Shown here in pieces: positions 18,723 to 28,566 of a stretch of DNA of 64,000 bases. The stretch's first letter is position 1, and every line of letters starts with the position of its first letter. The DNA is from an uncultured virus (IMG/VR IMGVR_UViG_3300027229_000005) (Duplodnaviria; Heunggongvirae; Uroviricota; Caudoviricetes), in the IMG/VR virus record IMGVR_UViG_3300027229_000005, one strand, 5' to 3'. The notes below the pieces were generated by a model that searched no databases, was not told the origin of the DNA, and saw nothing but the letters and a program-made list of their open reading frames with translations. A program made the translations under genes and the position numbers.

Positions 18723-19198
18723 TGTCAATTAAACGGGTTAAACCTACTAAGAAATCTGGATTCATCCAAGGTTACTATAAGCCTCACAACTTAGAAAAGT
18801 ATGTGGGTCCGCAACCCGTTATTTTCAGAAGTTCATGGGAACGTAAGTTCATGATTTGGTGCGACACCAATGAAAGAGTTCTAATGTGGTCTAGTGAACC
18901 GATTGAAATCAAGTATTGGTCAACTCTTTACAAAAAAGAAAGAACCTACCACCCCGATTTTTACATTAAGATCCTAAAGGAAGATGGTTCCCAAGAGCAA
19001 TTGATTGTTGAAATCAAACCCGAAGCTCAAATCACTAAGCCTGAACCACCGAAGACAAATTCGAAAAAGGCAATTGACGGTTATAAATTCTTAGCCGAAC
19101 AGTACGTTACGAATCGTGATAAATATATTTCAGCTAAAAAGTATGCTGAAGACCGAGGTTGTAGGTTTGTTGTTATGACAGAAAACTCGCTTAAGTGA
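18722..19198 (+). CDS. head completion nuclease (gp4-like, TnsA-N fold)
   Basis: QGYYKPHNLEKYVG, FRSSWE, WSSEPIEIKY, YHPDF, VEIKP, FVVMTE. Confidence 0.88.
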   Translation: MSIKRVKPTKKSGFIQGYYKPHNLEKYVGPQPVIFRSSWERKFMIWCDTNERVLMWSSEPIEIKYWSTLYKKERTYHPDFYIKILKEDGSQEQLIVEIKPEAQITKPEPPKTNSKKAIDGYKFLAEQYVTNRDKYISAKKYAEDRGCRFVVMTENSLK

Positions 19199-19800
19199 TG
19201 GGAGAAATCAAATCTAAAATAGCAAAGTATTCTAAGGATAATGGAGGTAAGACGGCTGCTCGAAAGGCGGCCGAGGTATGGTATAACAAAGCTTTAAACT
19301 CTTTTAGAGATAAAAGTGTTGCTAAATCGAAAACTTTACCCTTTATTCCCGGTAAAATATATGTTTTCAGGTATGATAACCCGAAAACAGAACAATATCT
19401 TGCATGGTGGGACAGAAATCCCGTTGTGTTAGCGCTCGATCCAGTAGCAGGAAATGATTGCGGAATCAATCTAAATCTATTACCGGTTGAAATTAAAGAA
19501 AAACTGTTAGACGATATTTACACACGTCTCAGTGGTTCTATTAAGACACTAACGACAAGAGCAAAGGATGATGCCAATGCTCAGGGTCGATTACAAATGA
19601 CTTATGCAGGTGCAAAAAGTTATTTAGACAGATACGGGTTTGGATTTGCTGTTAGGCAGTACATCCCGATGTTGAAAAGAAAGCAAGCGGTTGTTAGTTA
19701 TGAGAACTGGCACCTAATTGCGTTGTGCGATTTCATAGAACTAGAAGGAGCTTCATTAGCTAGCATTCAGAGACAGTTCAGAGATTACAACAAAAAATGA
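19195..19800 (+). CDS. DNA end protector protein (gp2-like)
   Basis: PGKIYVFRYD, WWDRNPVV, GINLNLLP, AVRQY; position between the gp4-like and portal genes. Confidence 0.75.
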   Translation: MMGEIKSKIAKYSKDNGGKTAARKAAEVWYNKALNSFRDKSVAKSKTLPFIPGKIYVFRYDNPKTEQYLAWWDRNPVVLALDPVAGNDCGINLNLLPVEIKEKLLDDIYTRLSGSIKTLTTRAKDDANAQGRLQMTYAGAKSYLDRYGFGFAVRQYIPMLKRKQAVVSYENWHLIALCDFIELEGASLASIQRQFRDYNKK

Positions 19801-19832
19801 AGAATATATAACGAGAAACTAGTTTTTAACAC

Positions 19833-21440
19833 ATGGCAGGTTTTGTAGAAAATAGAAACGGTCCCCTATCGACGGGCAGAAGACCATTCACTCTTAGTGA
19901 TGGTCTGAAGCGACTTTCGTCGTTCGGTATGTATTATGATGATTTGGTATTGCGCCAATCTCAAGCAATCGGACCAATGGAAGCGCAATTCGGTTACGGT
20001 CAGATCAACCCGATGGGTGTTGACAATGACGACATCTATGCTGCGTTTGCAGCGTTGTCGATGACCGACACCAACATGAGAAAGCAAATTCCTTTCTTTG
20101 ATAAAAACTATCCTGCTAAAAGAGATGAGCTTAGAAGATTCTCACTTCATGATGAAATTGAAGACATTCTTGACATTCTTTGTGATGAGACAGTTGTCTA
20201 TGATGAAAAGAACTTTTTCTGTTATCCTGACATCATCGGATTTGATGTATCAGATGAAGTAGATGCTTATTTTAAGAGAGCATTTAGAGAAATCTATCAA
20301 TACTTTGGTTTTAACCAAGATCAATCTGCATGGTACTATTTTAGAAAGTTCCTGATTGATGGTTACCTAGCGTTTGAAATCATTTATTCACCTGACCAAA
20401 AGCAGATCATTGGTTTTAAAGAACTAGATCCTGTAACCCTAATGCCAGGTTATAATAAAGAAGACGGTAAAAAGGTTTGGATTCAATATAAGGATGATCC
20501 TATTAAGGAAAGAGTTCTTTATGATGCACAGATCATTTACATCTCATACTCTTCAATTACAACTGCATCAAGAGTTTCTTATGTAGAAAGATTGGTTAGA
20601 GCATTTAACCTAATGAGAATCATGGAACACACCCGAGTTATTTGGGCAGTGACTAACGCTTCATTCAGAATGAAGTTTGTGATTCCAATGGGTGGTAAAT
20701 CAAAAACACGTGCTAAGCAATCTCTAGCACAATTGATGAATAACTATAAAGAAGTCGTTGACTTTGATTGGGAATCAGGTACACTGACAACCGACGGTAA
20801 GCCAATGATGCAGTTCAACAAAGAATACTGGTTGCCTTCAAAAGAAGGTGAATCACCAGAGATTGAAACCCTAGGAGGTGATGGTCCAGATCTATCAGAC
20901 ACGGAAGCTCTTAAGTACTTCTCTGATAAGTTGAAGCATGTATCTAAGATTCCATTCAACCGTTTCATGTATGAAGATGGCGGTGGTGAATTCAACCTTG
21001 CAGCTGACGGTATGATTAGAGACGAAATCAAGTTCTCTAAATTTGTTAGACGTTTGAGATCAGCTTTCCAAGAAGTTCTTGTAAAGCCACTGTTCATCCA
21101 GTTGTCTATTAAATTCCCAGAGTTTGCAGATGATGCTGCATTTAGAACTCAAATCGCTCTAAGATTTAATGAAGAGAACATGTTTGCTGAACTGAAGAAC
21201 ATGGAAATCATGGAACGTAGAATTGACTTCATCGGTTCATTGAAAGATAACCTAGTTATTACTGATCCTGCAACGATGGAAGAAGAACACTACTTTGATA
21301 TGGACTTCTTAGTTGACAGATACTTAAAACTAACTCCAGACGATAAAGCAGCTAACGATGCATATAAAGCTCGTAAAGAAGCTAAACAAGCTGGTGAAGA
21401 TGATCCAGACCCAATGGCAGCGATGGGCGGAGGAATGTAA
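19833..21440 (+). CDS. portal protein (gp20-like)
   Basis: FRKFLIDGYL, LMRIMEH, EYWLPSKEG-x-PEIETLGG, IRDEIKFSKFVRRLR, ENMFAELK. Confidence 0.92.
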   Translation: MAGFVENRNGPLSTGRRPFTLSDGLKRLSSFGMYYDDLVLRQSQAIGPMEAQFGYGQINPMGVDNDDIYAAFAALSMTDTNMRKQIPFFDKNYPAKRDELRRFSLHDEIEDILDILCDETVVYDEKNFFCYPDIIGFDVSDEVDAYFKRAFREIYQYFGFNQDQSAWYYFRKFLIDGYLAFEIIYSPDQKQIIGFKELDPVTLMPGYNKEDGKKVWIQYKDDPIKERVLYDAQIIYISYSSITTASRVSYVERLVRAFNLMRIMEHTRVIWAVTNASFRMKFVIPMGGKSKTRAKQSLAQLMNNYKEVVDFDWESGTLTTDGKPMMQFNKEYWLPSKEGESPEIETLGGDGPDLSDTEALKYFSDKLKHVSKIPFNRFMYEDGGGEFNLAADGMIRDEIKFSKFVRRLRSAFQEVLVKPLFIQLSIKFPEFADDAAFRTQIALRFNEENMFAELKNMEIMERRIDFIGSLKDNLVITDPATMEEEHYFDMDFLVDRYLKLTPDDKAANDAYKARKEAKQAGEDDPDPMAAMGGGM

Positions 21441-21458
21441 CACACAGATAAATAGACT

Positions 21459-21803
21459 ATGAAAAATCTAAAGACATTTGAACAATACTGGTCTTCAATT
21501 ACTGAAGATGCTATTAAAGCCGGAGAAGAATCAGAAGTTGTGATCGACGATATGATTACAACCGATGGAACTGAAATCTCTTCAGAAGAGATCTTAGGCA
21601 TTGTAATATCTTCTGAAACAGAGGAAGAAACAGTAGATAAAATGTACGATAAGTTTGGTCAATTATCATTTTCTACTGAAGACATTGAAAAGATCAAAAA
21701 GTATTTCAATGATTATCAAGCAGAAGTGAAAGAGAAAGAAAAAGAAGCTGAGAAAGAAGCTGATGGTGGAGATGGAGAGGAAGATCCTCTAGCAGATCTA
21801 TAA
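21459..21803 (+). CDS. small acidic prohead/internal head protein
   Basis: Lies between portal and protease; N-terminus MKNLKTFEQY..ITE resembles the T4 capsid-targeting sequence. Confidence 0.6.
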   Translation: MKNLKTFEQYWSSITEDAIKAGEESEVVIDDMITTDGTEISSEEILGIVISSETEEETVDKMYDKFGQLSFSTEDIEKIKKYFNDYQAEVKEKEKEAEKEADGGDGEEDPLADL

Positions 21804-21860
21804 AAAATCATTTTTCTCTTTTTTCATCAGGATATATAAACCAAATATACTATAAGGTTC

Positions 21861-23996
21861 ATGAATCAACATAATCTATTGATCCTTGAGAGATCATCGA
21901 ATACACTGGACTTCAAATCAGAAGGAGGTTCATACGTACTCGAAGGTATTTTCGGAGAGCTGGACAAAAAGAATAGAAACAATCGTATCTATACAGCTGA
22001 AGAATACTTACCACAAATCGAATCTCTACAGGAGAAAATCAAGTCATCTAAGCTATTAGGTGAGCTTGATCACCCACAAAAATTTGACATTTCTCTAAGA
22101 AACGTTTCACACGTAATCGAGGAACTTCACTACGATCAAGATTCTAAGCAAATCAGAGGTAGAATCAGACTACTAGACACAGATGCTGGAAAGCAAGCTA
22201 AAGCTCTAGTTGATTCTGGCATTCCATTGCACATCTCTTCAAGAGCTGCTGGTGTTGTTGAATCAGACGGTAAAGTTAAAATCAAGCAACTTTTCACTTA
22301 CGATCTAGTTGCTGATCCAGGTTTCGAGAACGCTGAACTTGCAAGAGTAAATGAATCTTACGGACTAGCTAACGACGATCTAATTCAAATCTATGAAATT
22401 GGAGGAGTTGCTACTCTACTTGAAACAGAAACTAAAATCGAAAATAACGATACAAACATCATGGAAAACAAAGCTAGATTTATAGCGGTTGAAGATTTCA
22501 ACAAGTACTCTGCCTACCTTGCTGAAGAGATCAAATCGCTTAAAGAAGCTCTAGCCGCCGTTTCTACTGAGACTATTGAAGAGAAGATGAAAGCTCTTAC
22601 AGAGTACGTAGAATACGTTGCTGAAAGAGCTGACAAAGGTATTCAGTACTCTGAGTACGTTGCAGAAAAATTAGATGGTAACATCGAATACTCTAACTAC
22701 TTGGCAGAAAAGTTGGACCAAGGAATTGAATACTCTGAGCACATCGCTGAGTCAGTAAATAACGTTAAGGATTACGCTAATTATTTGGCAGAATCTTACA
22801 ACGAAGGTGTTACTACAGGTGAGAATGTTCAAAAGTATCTAAACTACCTAAAAGAAAACATCGAGTCAATCTCTGAATACGCTGATTACATTGCTGAAAC
22901 TATTAATTCTAACCTAATCGTTGAAGAAGAAGGTGAAGGAGCAGCAAAAGATCACGAAGAAGCAGCAGACAAGAACGAGCTAGAAAACGTTGGTGACAAT
23001 TCAGCTGAAGGTTCAGTTGATGCAGCTGGTGAAGAAGCTGGTGTTGAAGCTGAAGACCTAGAGGCTGACACTAAAGAGGTTTACTCTGAAGATGACAAGA
23101 AAGAACTTGACGCAGCTGATCAAGACGCACCAGAAGATGAAGGTGAAGAAGCTGCTAAAGAAGTTGTTGAAGCTGAAGAGTCAGAAGAGACTGAAGAGAC
23201 TGAAGAAGTCGAAGAAGGAAGAGCTTTCGCTGCTGCAGCTAAAGAAGCTAAAGATAAAGGTGAGAAAGAATTTGAATTCGACGGTAAGACATACCCTGTA
23301 ACAGTTAAAGAAGGTGAAGAAGTTGAAGAATCTGCTGAAGGTGCTATCGACGCTGAAGACCTAGAAGCTGATATGGACGAAGTTTCTTCTGAAGACGATA
23401 AGAAAATCACTAAGCAAGCTGATCAGGAAATTCCATCTGAAGAAGATGCAATCACCGATGACGCTCTAGAGTCTTACAAAAGAGAAATCTCTGAGAAGCT
23501 TTCTTCTCTAATCAACAAAGCTACTGAAAAGAAGACTAACGATCCTCACTTCTTCAAGTTTGTATCTGAATCTACTAAGACAAGATTCAACGAACTAGAA
23601 GTTGAAGACAGAACTAAAGTTCTTTCAGCAGTTGAAGGTAGAGGTTACCTAACAGAGTCACAAATTGTTACTCTAATGGAAGGTGCTCTAGTTGAAGTTG
23701 CAGGTCAAACTACTCCTTACTTTGTGGAAGCTGCTCCAGCTGAATACAAAGAGATCTGGAATAACCTATCTGAAGCTAAGAGAAATCAATTATCTGCTCA
23801 AGCTAAGATGGTGAAGCTTTCTACTCCTTACCAAGTTGCTAACTTCTGGCAAACAAGAGATCTAAGAGAAGTTGCTCCAGTTATGGAAAAGCTAACTATG
23901 ATCACAGAAGCTAAGAAAGAAGAAGCTCCTAAGAAATCTATCGGTTACGATGTAACTGGTATTGGCGAAGAAATCGCTAAGAGATTTAAGAAGTAA
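21861..23996 (+). CDS. prohead protease (gp21-like) fused to a scaffold-like acidic region
   Basis: LEGIF, NRNNRIY, LLGELDHP, VSHVI, ISSRAAG and YDLVADPGF, followed by EY-x-EY-x-AE repeats and Glu-rich coil. Confidence 0.88.
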   Translation: MNQHNLLILERSSNTLDFKSEGGSYVLEGIFGELDKKNRNNRIYTAEEYLPQIESLQEKIKSSKLLGELDHPQKFDISLRNVSHVIEELHYDQDSKQIRGRIRLLDTDAGKQAKALVDSGIPLHISSRAAGVVESDGKVKIKQLFTYDLVADPGFENAELARVNESYGLANDDLIQIYEIGGVATLLETETKIENNDTNIMENKARFIAVEDFNKYSAYLAEEIKSLKEALAAVSTETIEEKMKALTEYVEYVAERADKGIQYSEYVAEKLDGNIEYSNYLAEKLDQGIEYSEHIAESVNNVKDYANYLAESYNEGVTTGENVQKYLNYLKENIESISEYADYIAETINSNLIVEEEGEGAAKDHEEAADKNELENVGDNSAEGSVDAAGEEAGVEAEDLEADTKEVYSEDDKKELDAADQDAPEDEGEEAAKEVVEAEESEETEETEEVEEGRAFAAAAKEAKDKGEKEFEFDGKTYPVTVKEGEEVEESAEGAIDAEDLEADMDEVSSEDDKKITKQADQEIPSEEDAITDDALESYKREISEKLSSLINKATEKKTNDPHFFKFVSESTKTRFNELEVEDRTKVLSAVEGRGYLTESQIVTLMEGALVEVAGQTTPYFVEAAPAEYKEIWNNLSEAKRNQLSAQAKMVKLSTPYQVANFWQTRDLREVAPVMEKLTMITEAKKEEAPKKSIGYDVTGIGEEIAKRFKK

Positions 23997-24003
23997 TACT
24001 AAC

Positions 24004-24035
24004 GAGCCCAGATCCATTGGGTCTGGGCTCTTCTT
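24004..24035 (+). terminator. hairpin/terminator after the protease-scaffold gene
   Basis: GAGCCCAGATCC-ATT-GGGTCTGGGCTC then TTCTT. Confidence 0.75.
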
Positions 24036-24203
24036 ATAAAACATAATCAGGTAAATAAAAAATCATATTTTTCATTTTTTTCAAAAAAATCTGAAAAGGT
24101 TATCAAATTAACTGAATATATACCCTAATCGACAAGAACGAAGAAGCAAAACGTTCAAGCATGTCGAATCAAAACCAAACGCCAAAAAAAATTATAAATT
24201 ACA

Positions 24204-25697
24204 ATGGCAAATTTAATCAATGAAGCTGAAATCAGAGCAACATGGGCTCCTATCATCGAGTCTGCTACTGGTATCAACGATTCAAACAAACTAGCTTGGA
24301 TGTCAGAATACTGCCACAATCACAAGCTTTATGAAGAAGCTACACTTTCTTCAGTTCTACCATCTATGGTAAAAGGTATGGGTGCAGTTTCTTTCCCATC
24401 AGCATTCAACACTGCAGGTTCTGCAGGTGACGGTTCTGGTGACAAGTCTCCATCACTACTTCCTCTAGCAATGCAAGTTGCTGCACAAACTGTAGGTCTA
24501 GATCTAGTTCCTGTAGTTCCTATGGCTGGTCCAATGGGTCTACTTTCTTACCTAGACTTCGTATACGACGGTGGCGCGAAGAGAGATGACGCTAAACTAG
24601 CTAACGTATACTACTTCTCAACTGATTCAGGTACTGGTGCTGATATCGCTGGTGGTGCTACTCACGCTGCATACGAGTTCGTTGGTACTTCAAGAATCGA
24701 CGGTAACGACATCTACAAGGTGATCGGTACTGCACTAATCGATGCTAACGTACAAGCTGACTTCAGATTGGCTGTAGCTGTTCCAGCTGCAACAGTTGAA
24801 CTAGTTAAGGCTCTAGAAGACCACATTCCTGGTTTCTCTGCATCTAACGCTGCTGGCGATCCTTTCAAGAGAGAAGACGGTGAGAGAAAGGCTGAGAACA
24901 TCATGGGTCTATCTCTATTCTCTAAGTCAGTTGCTGCTGAAACTTTCCAAGTTGCTGCTGCAGTTACTAGAGAGCAAGTTCAAGATCTTAAGCAATTCGG
25001 TGTTGACGCTGTAGCTCAAGTTGAGGCAGTTCTAACTAACGAACTAACTCAGTCAATCAACAACCTAATCCTAAGAGAAATGAAGGTTCTAGGTTACAGA
25101 AACGTTAAGTCTGTATTCCCAGCAGCTCCTCTTAATGTACTTGGTAATTCAACTGGTTTCGACCTAAAACTTCCTGCTGCTGCTGATCTAGCTGGTGGCG
25201 AGACTGTTGCTTCAGTTCACAGAAGACTTCTTTCACAGATTCTAGCTGCTGCTAACTTGATCGCTAACAGAGGTAGAAGAGGTGCTGGTAACTTCGCAGT
25301 TGTTGGTCCACAGACTGCAACTGTTCTTCAAGCTGTAGCTGGTTTCGTTGCAAACCCAATGGCTAACACTATCTCTCAAGCTGCTGGTGCTATCTACCCT
25401 GTAGGTTCTGTTGCTGGTATCAATGTTTACACTGATCCAAGAAAAGCATGGGACGATTACACTGTAGTAGTTGGTAGAAAAGGTGATGGTAACTCTCCAG
25501 GTCTAGTATTCATGCCATACCTAATGGCTGAATCAGTTCAGACTATCGCAGAGGGTACTATGGCTCCTAAGATTGCTGTTAAGTCTAGATTCGCTCTAGT
25601 TGAAGCAGGTTTCCACCCAGAGACTCAGTACGTATCATTCGAAGTTACGAATGACGCAGCTGGTGCTACTTGGTCTAACCTACTAAACCTAGCTTAA
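24204..25697 (+). CDS. major capsid protein (gp23-like)
   Basis: VVPMAGPMG, EQVQDLK, RGRRGAGNF, GINVYTDP, GLVFMPY, PKIAVKSRF; strong codon bias. Confidence 0.93.
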   Translation: MANLINEAEIRATWAPIIESATGINDSNKLAWMSEYCHNHKLYEEATLSSVLPSMVKGMGAVSFPSAFNTAGSAGDGSGDKSPSLLPLAMQVAAQTVGLDLVPVVPMAGPMGLLSYLDFVYDGGAKRDDAKLANVYYFSTDSGTGADIAGGATHAAYEFVGTSRIDGNDIYKVIGTALIDANVQADFRLAVAVPAATVELVKALEDHIPGFSASNAAGDPFKREDGERKAENIMGLSLFSKSVAAETFQVAAAVTREQVQDLKQFGVDAVAQVEAVLTNELTQSINNLILREMKVLGYRNVKSVFPAAPLNVLGNSTGFDLKLPAAADLAGGETVASVHRRLLSQILAAANLIANRGRRGAGNFAVVGPQTATVLQAVAGFVANPMANTISQAAGAIYPVGSVAGINVYTDPRKAWDDYTVVVGRKGDGNSPGLVFMPYLMAESVQTIAEGTMAPKIAVKSRFALVEAGFHPETQYVSFEVTNDAAGATWSNLLNLA

Positions 25698-25723
25698 TCT
25701 TTAGATTTAGTATAATCCTTCTT

Positions 25724-25756
25724 GAAGGGCTCCAGAAATGGAGCCCTTCTTTTTTT
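25724..25756 (+). terminator. intrinsic terminator after the major capsid gene
   Basis: GAAGGGCTCCA-GAAA-TGGAGCCCTTC plus a T run. Confidence 0.9.
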
Positions 25757-25796
25757 ATAGGATATATAGGTTATAGATAAAAATACATCTACAACT

Positions 25797-27011
25797 ATGA
25801 AATTAAAGATGAAATCTGCGATCAAGCTTTATGAATCTTTCTTAAAGGAAGGTGCTGAAGCCCCTGCCGCGGCAGAAACAACGTCCGCTACTTCAAGAGA
25901 GGCGGTTATTAAAGATGTCGATACTATCATCACATCACTAGAAACTCTAGTTTCTCAAGTATCTGAGGAGCTAGAAGAAGAATTCAATACTCCTGAAAAA
26001 ATTGAAGAAGCCGGCGACGACAACATTATCGTTCAATGGATTACTTCAATGAAAGCCGTTAAAGCTCAAAAGAAGGTTAATAACATTAAGGTTAATAAAG
26101 TTGCTCTTGAGATTGCAAGGGATGAAGCTCCAAACACAGAGCAAAAGAACAAGATCAAAGACAGGGAAACCCTTCTTACCAGTCAAATCAAATCTCTACA
26201 AGATGCTGTCAATGATAGATTTGCTAACAAAGGAGGTTTAGTAGATAAGAAATTATCAAACGCTAAAATTGAAGGAGAGCTAGCAGTTATCAAAGCTCAC
26301 TCAGGTGCAGGTATTGATAAAAAAGAAGCTGGTGATTTAAAGCAAAGAATGGCCGATCTTCAAAAAAGATACAAAGAAAATGAAGCTGCTCTAAAAGAGC
26401 TTGAACCTTCTGAAGAAGATAAAAAAACAGCTGCGAAATCTGCGCAAGATAAAAAGGATCAAGAAGCAGCTGCGGCGGCGAAAGCTAAAAAAACATCCAA
26501 TAATGAACCTCAACAGGAACCTGAACAGGAACCTCAACAGGAACCTCAACAGGAAGAACCTAGAAAAGACGATAACATGGAGGCAGATATTGCTCAATAT
26601 GATCAGAATATCAAAGATGAAATGGCAAGAGAAGCTGATCTTAAGAAGAAGCTAAAATCAGTTGAAGACGAAAAGGCAAAGTCAACCGATCCCGAATCTT
26701 TCGACGAAAAGATCATCAATATTAAAGCCGAAATCGATAAGTCTAAACAAGATATTAAACAGATGAAAGATGCTAAATCTGCACTGGTTAAAAAGACTGC
26801 TACAAAAGAATCATTGATTCTAAGGGCTGAAGAATTGGGTTTAAATGAACTTGCTTCTGAAATTTCAGAAAAAGAAGAATGGCAACTAAACGGAACACCT
26901 TTATATTCCAAGTACGATGCTAAAATTAAAAAGGTAGAATACTCTAATTCTTTAAACGAATCACGTTACACTATTAACACAGTTAAAGATAGATTTGCAA
27001 AACTAATCTAA
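25797..27011 (+). CDS. charged coiled-coil late protein, probable internal head protein
   Basis: 404 aa, Lys/Glu rich, IKLYESFLKE near the N-terminus, late motif at 25761. Confidence 0.7.
   Translation: MKLKMKSAIKLYESFLKEGAEAPAAAETTSATSREAVIKDVDTIITSLETLVSQVSEELEEEFNTPEKIEEAGDDNIIVQWITSMKAVKAQKKVNNIKVNKVALEIARDEAPNTEQKNKIKDRETLLTSQIKSLQDAVNDRFANKGGLVDKKLSNAKIEGELAVIKAHSGAGIDKKEAGDLKQRMADLQKRYKENEAALKELEPSEEDKKTAAKSAQDKKDQEAAAAAKAKKTSNNEPQQEPEQEPQQEPQQEEPRKDDNMEADIAQYDQNIKDEMAREADLKKKLKSVEDEKAKSTDPESFDEKIINIKAEIDKSKQDIKQMKDAKSALVKKTATKESLILRAEELGLNELASEISEKEEWQLNGTPLYSKYDAKIKKVEYSNSLNESRYTINTVKDRFAKLI
26505..26552 (+). repeat. 4 x 12-nt tandem repeat encoding EP(Q/E)Q
   Basis: GAACCT(C/G)AACAG at 26505, 26517, 26529 and 26541. 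Confidence 0.9.
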
Positions 27012-27509
27012 TCTCTTTCGAGGATTAGCATTCTTTTTGAACACTTTCATCAGCTCCTTCTGTTCATTCAGGAGGAGCTGTTGACATTTTTGGCGAAACT
27101 CAAGTGAAGATTTCAGTACACTCTGGTTAATGCCAACCTCAAGGGCATCCCAATACTCTGGGTGTACAAAGTTTCGAGCGCTAAAGTCACCCATCTTAGA
27201 TTTGATCGGACGTCCAGAGATTGCGCAAGCCCAATCGATCGATCTATAAGAATCGTATACATCGTCGATCTTTTTAAGATCACCTTCAATCCAGTCATAG
27301 AACAGCTTGGTCTTGTGACGATCATTTGAACCTCTGAATAATCCTAATACAGCCTTCAGTTTCTGCTCATCCTTTACAAAGTCTTTGATGTTTGGATGTT
27401 CTAGTAGAAAACGCTTATGTAACTTGGACAGGGTTTCAAACGCAACTCCATGTTTGCCCCTGACCCCGTCTTTATATTTGATGTGCGGATATTTCTTAGC
27501 GTATGCCAT
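27003..27509 (-). CDS. hypothetical protein on the minus strand (168 aa, start MAYAKKYP)
   Basis: ATG at 27509; the longer ORF-track version overlaps the clamp loader antisense; it fills an otherwise empty 500-bp gap. Confidence 0.7.
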   Translation of the reverse strand: MAYAKKYPHIKYKDGVRGKHGVAFETLSKLHKRFLLEHPNIKDFVKDEQKLKAVLGLFRGSNDRHKTKLFYDWIEGDLKKIDDVYDSYRSIDWACAISGRPIKSKMGDFSARNFVHPEYWDALEVGINQSVLKSSLEFRQKCQQLLLNEQKELMKVFKKNANPRKRLD

Positions 27510-27558
27510 TGAAACTAACTGTAAGCTGTGAGGTATAACCTCTGTAAACGTGTAAATT

Positions 27559-28515
27559 ATGCAATCATTGACGCAACTCTTTACTGAAAAGTACCGTCCA
27601 AAGAACTTGGACCATTTGATTCTACCCGAACGAGTGATGAACAAGTTCAAAGATGGAATCCAACAGAACATGCTGTTCGCTGGAAGCCCAGGGACTGGTA
27701 AAACATCAACTGCTAAGGCAATTGTCAATCAGTTTGAGTTACCTTACCTATATATTAACGCTTCAACAGATACATCAGTTGATGTTATCAGAACTCGTAT
27801 CACTGACTTCTGTTCAACCATGTCAATCCTAGATGACCGAAATAAATTCAAGGTAGTTATTCTTGATGAGGTCGATGGTGTATCTGATCAGTTCTTCAAG
27901 GCTCTTCGTGCTACGATGGAACAATTTGCTTCCAACTCACGATTCATTGCAACATGTAACTACATTAACAAGTTACCAGATCCAATTCTTAGCCGATTTG
28001 AAGTCATTAACTTTGACTTTGATAAGAATGAAGAAGCTGAATTAACTAAGAAATACATTCGCCGCGTTCATGAAGTTTGTAAAGACGAAGACTTGACGAT
28101 TGAAAAAGATGCATTGGTTGAGTTTGTTCGTCGTAACTTCCCAGACCTTCGCACAACTTTAAACAAACTTCAAGGTTATAAGTCACAGGGTACCACTTCA
28201 ATTGGTATCGAAGATGTAAAACGATTCAACTCGGTCTATAAAGACGTGTTTGAACTCATCTTTAACGAAATGGATCCAGTGAAGAACTATAAGCTTCTCG
28301 TTAGTGAATACTCTAATCGTGTTGATGATGTTCTACAATCACTAGGACAAGACTTCATTGAATACATCAAGCAAGAAAAAACACAGGCTGCAAGATTTAT
28401 TCCTCAAATCATCATTGTTGTCGCTGAGCATCAAGCTCAACGAATCAATGTGATTGATCCAGTTATTACAATGTTGTCATGTATTTACAAAATACAAACA
28501 ATTATTAAGCAATAA
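27559..28515 (+). CDS. clamp loader large subunit (gp44/RFC-like)
   Basis: EKYRPK, GSPGTGKTS, INAS, VILDEVD, ATCNY, ILSRF, FPDLR. Confidence 0.93.
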   Translation: MQSLTQLFTEKYRPKNLDHLILPERVMNKFKDGIQQNMLFAGSPGTGKTSTAKAIVNQFELPYLYINASTDTSVDVIRTRITDFCSTMSILDDRNKFKVVILDEVDGVSDQFFKALRATMEQFASNSRFIATCNYINKLPDPILSRFEVINFDFDKNEEAELTKKYIRRVHEVCKDEDLTIEKDALVEFVRRNFPDLRTTLNKLQGYKSQGTTSIGIEDVKRFNSVYKDVFELIFNEMDPVKNYKLLVSEYSNRVDDVLQSLGQDFIEYIKQEKTQAARFIPQIIIVVAEHQAQRINVIDPVITMLSCIYKIQTIIKQ

Positions 28516-28534
28516 TTTCCTCGGGTCACCGGAA

Positions 28535-28547
28535 TTTGTTATATTAG
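28535..28547 (+). promoter_or_regulatory. possible host-type (Bacteroidota -7-like) promoter TTTGTTATATTAG
   Basis: TTTGTTATATT recurs at 47858; resembles the TAnnTTTG -7 element. Confidence 0.4.
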
Positions 28548-28566
28548 CCCTATAAAGATAAAAGTT

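Noticed and set aside
18722..19198. TnsA-like nuclease as a transposon or homing endonuclease
   Set aside because: Motifs and position beside the gp2-like and portal genes fit the core T4 gp4 head completion protein; no transposon ends.
27510..27728. N-terminal extension of the minus-strand ORF 27003-27728
   Set aside because: It is antisense to the conserved clamp-loader start; ATG 27509 is the plausible start.
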